Of a stretch of DNA of 64,000 nucleotides, positions 60,437-64,000 are shown one piece after another. The notes under the pieces are model-generated. The model searched no databases and was not told where the DNA came from. It saw nothing but the letters and a program-made list of their open reading frames with translations. How positions within the stretch are numbered: position 1 is the first letter of the stretch; the number at the start of each line of letters is the position of its first letter. Made by a program: the position numbers and the translations under genes. This DNA is from a virus: IMG/VR virus record IMGVR_UViG_3300023174_000101, positions 34,361 through 98,360 of that record; one strand, written 5' to 3'.

Positions 60437-60512
60437 TGCAGAGCGCGTGCCAGAAACCCTCCACCCTTCATCGCCCGCCGCGCCGCCCGCGAGTGAAGCA
60501 AGCGGCGTGCCA
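60437..60512 (-). promoter_or_regulatory. tandem sigma54 promoters (60437-60452, 60497-60512)
   Basis: TGGCACG-CGCT-CTGCA and TGGCACG-CCGC-TTGCT. Confidence 0.78.
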
Positions 60513-61342
60513 GGCGCTCAGCGCCTAGAAACCATAGACGTCTGAGTAGTCGTAATCCCCCTCCTCGATTGCACGCCTCTTCCATTCGGGGACACCATCA
60601 TCCGGCTCGATGTCCTCGTCTGCCTCGTAGCTGGGGTTGTTGAGGACCTCAGGCCGATACTTCGCCAGCTTCTCATCCTTGCAGTTCGAACAGACCCTAC
60701 AGAGCGGGATGCCCTTGGCGTCATGTACCCAGTACGAGTTCTGCTTCGTGTGCTCACAGCTCATGCGTCCTCCTTCTCTGTGTCGAACTTCAACGTCTCA
60801 ACCAGCCCCTCATATGAGGGGCCTGTGTGCTTGTGGTTCCCGGTCCTGTCTTCCAGGAACTTCTTCCACTCGTGCTTCACGATGTTGCCACCCTCGGTGG
60901 TGAGGTACTCCAGCAGTTTCTCCGCAGTGTACGTGTTGACCCCAAGGTGGGCATCGATCCCACCACCGTGGAACACGTGCAGCACCCTCCACTCGTCCTG
61001 CTCGGTTGATGCAAGCACGATGCAGCCCTGCGATTTGTAGTCCGAATCGCCCGCACTGAACACCACGCGCCCATCATACTTCTTGCCGATCTCTTCAATC
61101 TGCCCCTTGCTGAGGAACGGAATCTCTCCCGAAATCATTACTTCCCCTCCTGGTAAATGAAACGGTGCAGGCCCTTCGGGGTCTTGACGACCACCCCACC
61201 CTGCGGCAGGATGTCAACCCACTCCACCACCAGCCCATTCTTCTGGGCCAGCTCGTCCATGACGCCGTTGTTCAGCGCATTGAAGATGTGCAGCGACAGC
61301 TTGGACACGTCCATTGTATTACCTCCCTGTGGTTGAACTACA

Positions 61343-61392
61343 TGGGCGTGAGGGGAATCGAACCCCGTGCTCATCCTACATCTATCACGCCT
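61343..61392 (-). ncRNA. mini tRNA-like element
   Basis: A-GGCGTGA...GGGG-TTCGATT-CCCC-TCACGCC-CA. Confidence 0.75.
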
Positions 61393-61437
61393 ACCCCTCA
61401 CTTCACCTCTATCACGCCTACCCCTCACTTCACCTCT
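61381..61437. repeat. 27-bp tandem duplication
   Basis: TCTATCACGCCTACCCCTCACTTCACC x2. Confidence 0.9.
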
Positions 61438-61766
61438 TCACCGAACTTGTTCGGCTCGTACACAACCCACTCCTCACACCTCCAGAACGCCCACATGTCG
61501 AGGATGTTCCGGTGGCGGAACCAGACCAGCTTCCGGTTGTCTTGCTCCACGGGCTTGCCATCCAGCGGCACAATGAAGCGAACGCTTGTGGGGTCTTCGG
61601 GCCTGTCCGACACCAGCGCACCTCCCGCGTACGGGGCGGAGTAGACTTCACCACCGTAGCTCCTGCCCATGGTGGCGAATTCGTTCACCACGTCCCCCCA
61701 CTTGTACAGCTCCCTGTCCAGATTGAAGTAAAACATGCACGCTCCTTTCATACCGGTTTAACTACA

Positions 61767-61817
61767 TGGGCACGAGGGGCATCGAACCCCGTACACATCC
61801 TACATCCTATCGTGCCT
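61767..61817 (-). ncRNA. mini tRNA-like element
   Basis: A-GGCACGA...GGGG-TTCGATG-CCCC-TCGTGCC-CA. Confidence 0.75.
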
Positions 61818-61824
61818 GCCTTCC

Positions 61825-62262
61825 CTACTGAGTCACCACACGGTGCTGCCACCAGGGCATCAGCTGTGCCTCAACCAGCCGCTTGTGCATCGCCAGCACC
61901 CCTCCCTCCGGCACCCCGTGGATGTTCCGCGCTGCCGCCACCTTCGGGTCGCACTCCAGCGTTACCACTTCCAGCTCACACCCAAACGCCAGGGCAATCG
62001 CCGCGTACGGGGCGATCTCCACCGCCGTAGTATTGGTGTTGTCCACCACCACGGTGTCGTCCAGGTATCCCAACATCACGTGCCCCATGTACTCCCTCAG
62101 GCATGCTGCGTGTGCGTTTGGGAGATTGGTCGGGTTAAACTTGTACTCCCCGTCCACCATGAAGAATTTATCCGCCGAGACAACCTTCGCCTCGGGCAGA
62201 TTCTTCGCCACATACGTGGACTTCCCAGAACCCGGAACACCGCGCAGAACCACAACGTTCAT
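61825..62262 (-). CDS. AAA_33 / N4BP2-like P-loop (poly)nucleotide kinase
   Basis: LRGVPGSGKST, SADKFF, VVDNTN, RNIHGVP. Confidence 0.85.
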   Translation of the reverse strand: MNVVVLRGVPGSGKSTYVAKNLPEAKVVSADKFFMVDGEYKFNPTNLPNAHAACLREYMGHVMLGYLDDTVVVDNTNTTAVEIAPYAAIALAFGCELEVVTLECDPKVAAARNIHGVPEGGVLAMHKRLVEAQLMPWWQHRVVTQ

Positions 62263-62874
62263 ACATCACCATCCTTGTGTATCGTGGGTGGCTTAATACC
62301 ACCTGAGGACCCTCAATCCTTACCTTGATGGAGTACCCTCAGCTGGCATCCAGCTCCCTATCCTACCTTCACGTACAACCTTCTCAAGATGGTCACGCCA
62401 GCAAGCCGGGGCCGGGACCCCTCAATACTCCTACATCTATCGGTCCAGACCCCCTCCCGCCTTGAAGCCCGCCTTATGTAGTATGCGGACTTTCATAGTA
62501 TCACCAGCACCAACATCCTTCCTTCCACATGTTAATGATTGCTCGGAGGAGTACATTTTCCTTCCGGAGCCTTTCATTCTCACTCTTCAGCCGATCAATC
62601 TCTTCCATGACTACCTCCATCTGTACTACGGGTTAAAGTCGTGTCCGGGGAGGCCAATCACCACAAAAAGGGGACCTCAACCCGCAAAAAGTTCAAGGCG
62701 AGCATGTATAGGGAATTCCCCATACGTATGCCATTCACGCCTGGTTAAGCTACCAAAACGATTCCGAACATCAAGGCGGACGCGGCCAGCACAGGAAATC
62801 CGCGACAATCTGCAAAAACCATGCTGGCCGTGCCTTAATCTTACCCCCTAACCTGGATTCCTAACCTGGGCCCA

Positions 62875-63228
62875 TTACCCTAGCTTGAGCTTATTATCTG
62901 GGCTACCCTGCCCATGGGCACTGATGAGGGTCTCATCCCCACCGATGGTCACTTGATTCCCATGTAGGAAAACACACACGGTCCCATTGGGGGAGAATAC
63001 CACGTCCACAACCAGGTGGTGTGTGCCCCCATTGGATTCGATTATCAACTCGTCGGGATTATCGCCCTCGAAGAACTCGAGGACGGTGAATGGTAGACAA
63101 ACATGAGAGACCGTGGGGTTGTCGAATCTCCATCCATTGGTCTCTTCGGTGACGTTACCTAGCTGGATGGGGGCTCCATCCACCCGTACTTGGATGGAAC
63201 GTCCTACAATCATTGCGAATGACTTCAT
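62875..63228 (-). CDS. hypothetical protein, paralogue of 59192..59518
   Basis: AAGGAGGT RBS. Confidence 0.7.
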   Translation of the reverse strand: MKSFAMIVGRSIQVRVDGAPIQLGNVTEETNGWRFDNPTVSHVCLPFTVLEFFEGDNPDELIIESNGGTHHLVVDVVFSPNGTVCVFLHGNQVTIGGDETLISAHGQGSPDNKLKLG

Positions 63229-63255
63229 TTTGTATTACCTCCTTGCGATACAACA

Positions 63256-63313
63256 TGGGCACGCCGGGAGTCGAACCGGAATTCACTAGGGATGAAGCCC
63301 ACCTAGCGTGCCT
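63256..63313 (-). ncRNA. mini tRNA-like element
   Basis: A-GGCACGC...CCGG-TTCGACT-CCCG-GCGTGCC-CA. Confidence 0.7.
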
Positions 63314-63321
63314 AATACTAC

Positions 63322-63717
63322 TTACTTCGGGGGAACCACGTACAGGGAAACCCCATGTCCCTGGGGGTAAGCATCCCCTGGGTCTCGATGTAGGAGCTTG
63401 GGTGGCCTCCCATCGAATGCAACAACTACACCCTCGGGGTGCTCAACCTCCAGAAACCGGTACTTCTCCCCAAGCTCGATGGTCTTGTCCACCTCGAGCT
63501 GGATGGGCTGGTCACACACCGAGAGGGTCTTCTTGCCCTCGTAATGCGTGGACAATTCGTCCGGGTCCATGTCCACCACCCGCGCCCAGCCGTGGATGGC
63601 CTGGAGGAGGGTGGGGGCTCGGACGAGGACGATTCCGCCGTCCCCATTGGGGAACTGATGGAGGTCCTCAATCATCTGCACCTCACGGTCGAAGAACACC
63701 TTCAGATATTCTGCCAT
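63322..63717 (-). CDS. hypothetical protein
   Basis: Start moved to MAEYLK, downstream of the mini-tRNA element. Confidence 0.65.
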   Translation of the reverse strand: MAEYLKVFFDREVQMIEDLHQFPNGDGGIVLVRAPTLLQAIHGWARVVDMDPDELSTHYEGKKTLSVCDQPIQLEVDKTIELGEKYRFLEVEHPEGVVVAFDGRPPKLLHRDPGDAYPQGHGVSLYVVPPK

Positions 63718-63754
63718 TCTTGCCTCTGTGTAACACCGGACGGGATGTCCGGAT

Positions 63755-63798
63755 TGGGCGGGTGGGGATTCGAACCCCAAACATCTCCAGACCCGCCT
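63755..63798 (-). ncRNA. mini tRNA-like element
   Basis: A-GGCGGGT...GGGG-TTCGAAT-CCCC-ACCCGCC-CA. Confidence 0.75.
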
Positions 63799-64000
63799 AC
63801 CTACTACTGGTCCAGCTCCACATCCCGCCCATCCGGGGTATACCCGGACAGACGGAAGTAGGTGATGCAGCCTACCCGCTTGACGCAGATTTTAGCGCCT
63901 CGGCGGGTAAGTCCCACCTCCTCCCACTTTGGCCACCTTCCACGGTACGCGCGGAGGATGTTCTCCCTCACGGCGTCGGGGTGGTTGGTGGTGGCCAGGG

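Noticed and set aside
61381-61437. Possible CRISPR array
   Set aside because: Two adjacent 27-bp copies with no spacer and no cas genes.
62819-62836. AGGCACG half-site as a sigma54 promoter
   Set aside because: No GC at the required GG-N10-GC spacing.
1-64000. Stop-codon reassignment; recognisable datZ, mazZ, dpoZ, structural or integrase genes
   Set aside because: Conserved genes are intact in the standard code and end in TAA, TAG and TGA. No motifs for those genes were seen in this window; they may lie elsewhere.

Overview
A 64-kb segment of a large dsDNA bacteriophage genome. Almost every gene is on the minus strand, packed tightly, in the standard code. The window has four zones. (i) 1-6.4 kb: small hypothetical genes. 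(ii) 6.4-25 kb: a replication and nucleotide module with a DnaG-DnaB primase-helicase fusion, WYL protein, UvsW-like SF2 helicase, RuvC-like resolvase, RecA, a probable SSB, a PurZ-type adenylosuccinate-synthetase paralogue, a thioredoxin-like protein, an intein-containing class II RNR, a sigma70-like Cys-rich protein and a GHKL ATPase. (iii) 25-48 kb: accessory genes, six tRNAs, PurB, RNase H, DNA ligase and a pyrimidine-dimer glycosylase. (iv) 48-64 kb: an early-like region with a MoxR/VWA pair and many small genes. Four signals stand out. (1) A family of ~45-58-nt tRNA-like 'acceptor stem + T-arm' RNAs with no canonical D or anticodon arm, each placed shortly upstream of a gene start. (2) About 15 co-oriented sigma54 (-24/-12) promoter motifs at gene junctions. 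(3) PurZ plus a phage-encoded PurB, suggesting a 2-aminoadenine (Z) genome pathway. (4) An unrecognised ~75-aa C-terminal domain shared by seven proteins. All calls were made by eye from motifs; no database searches were run. Several start codons were moved from the ORF track to more plausible downstream ATGs.
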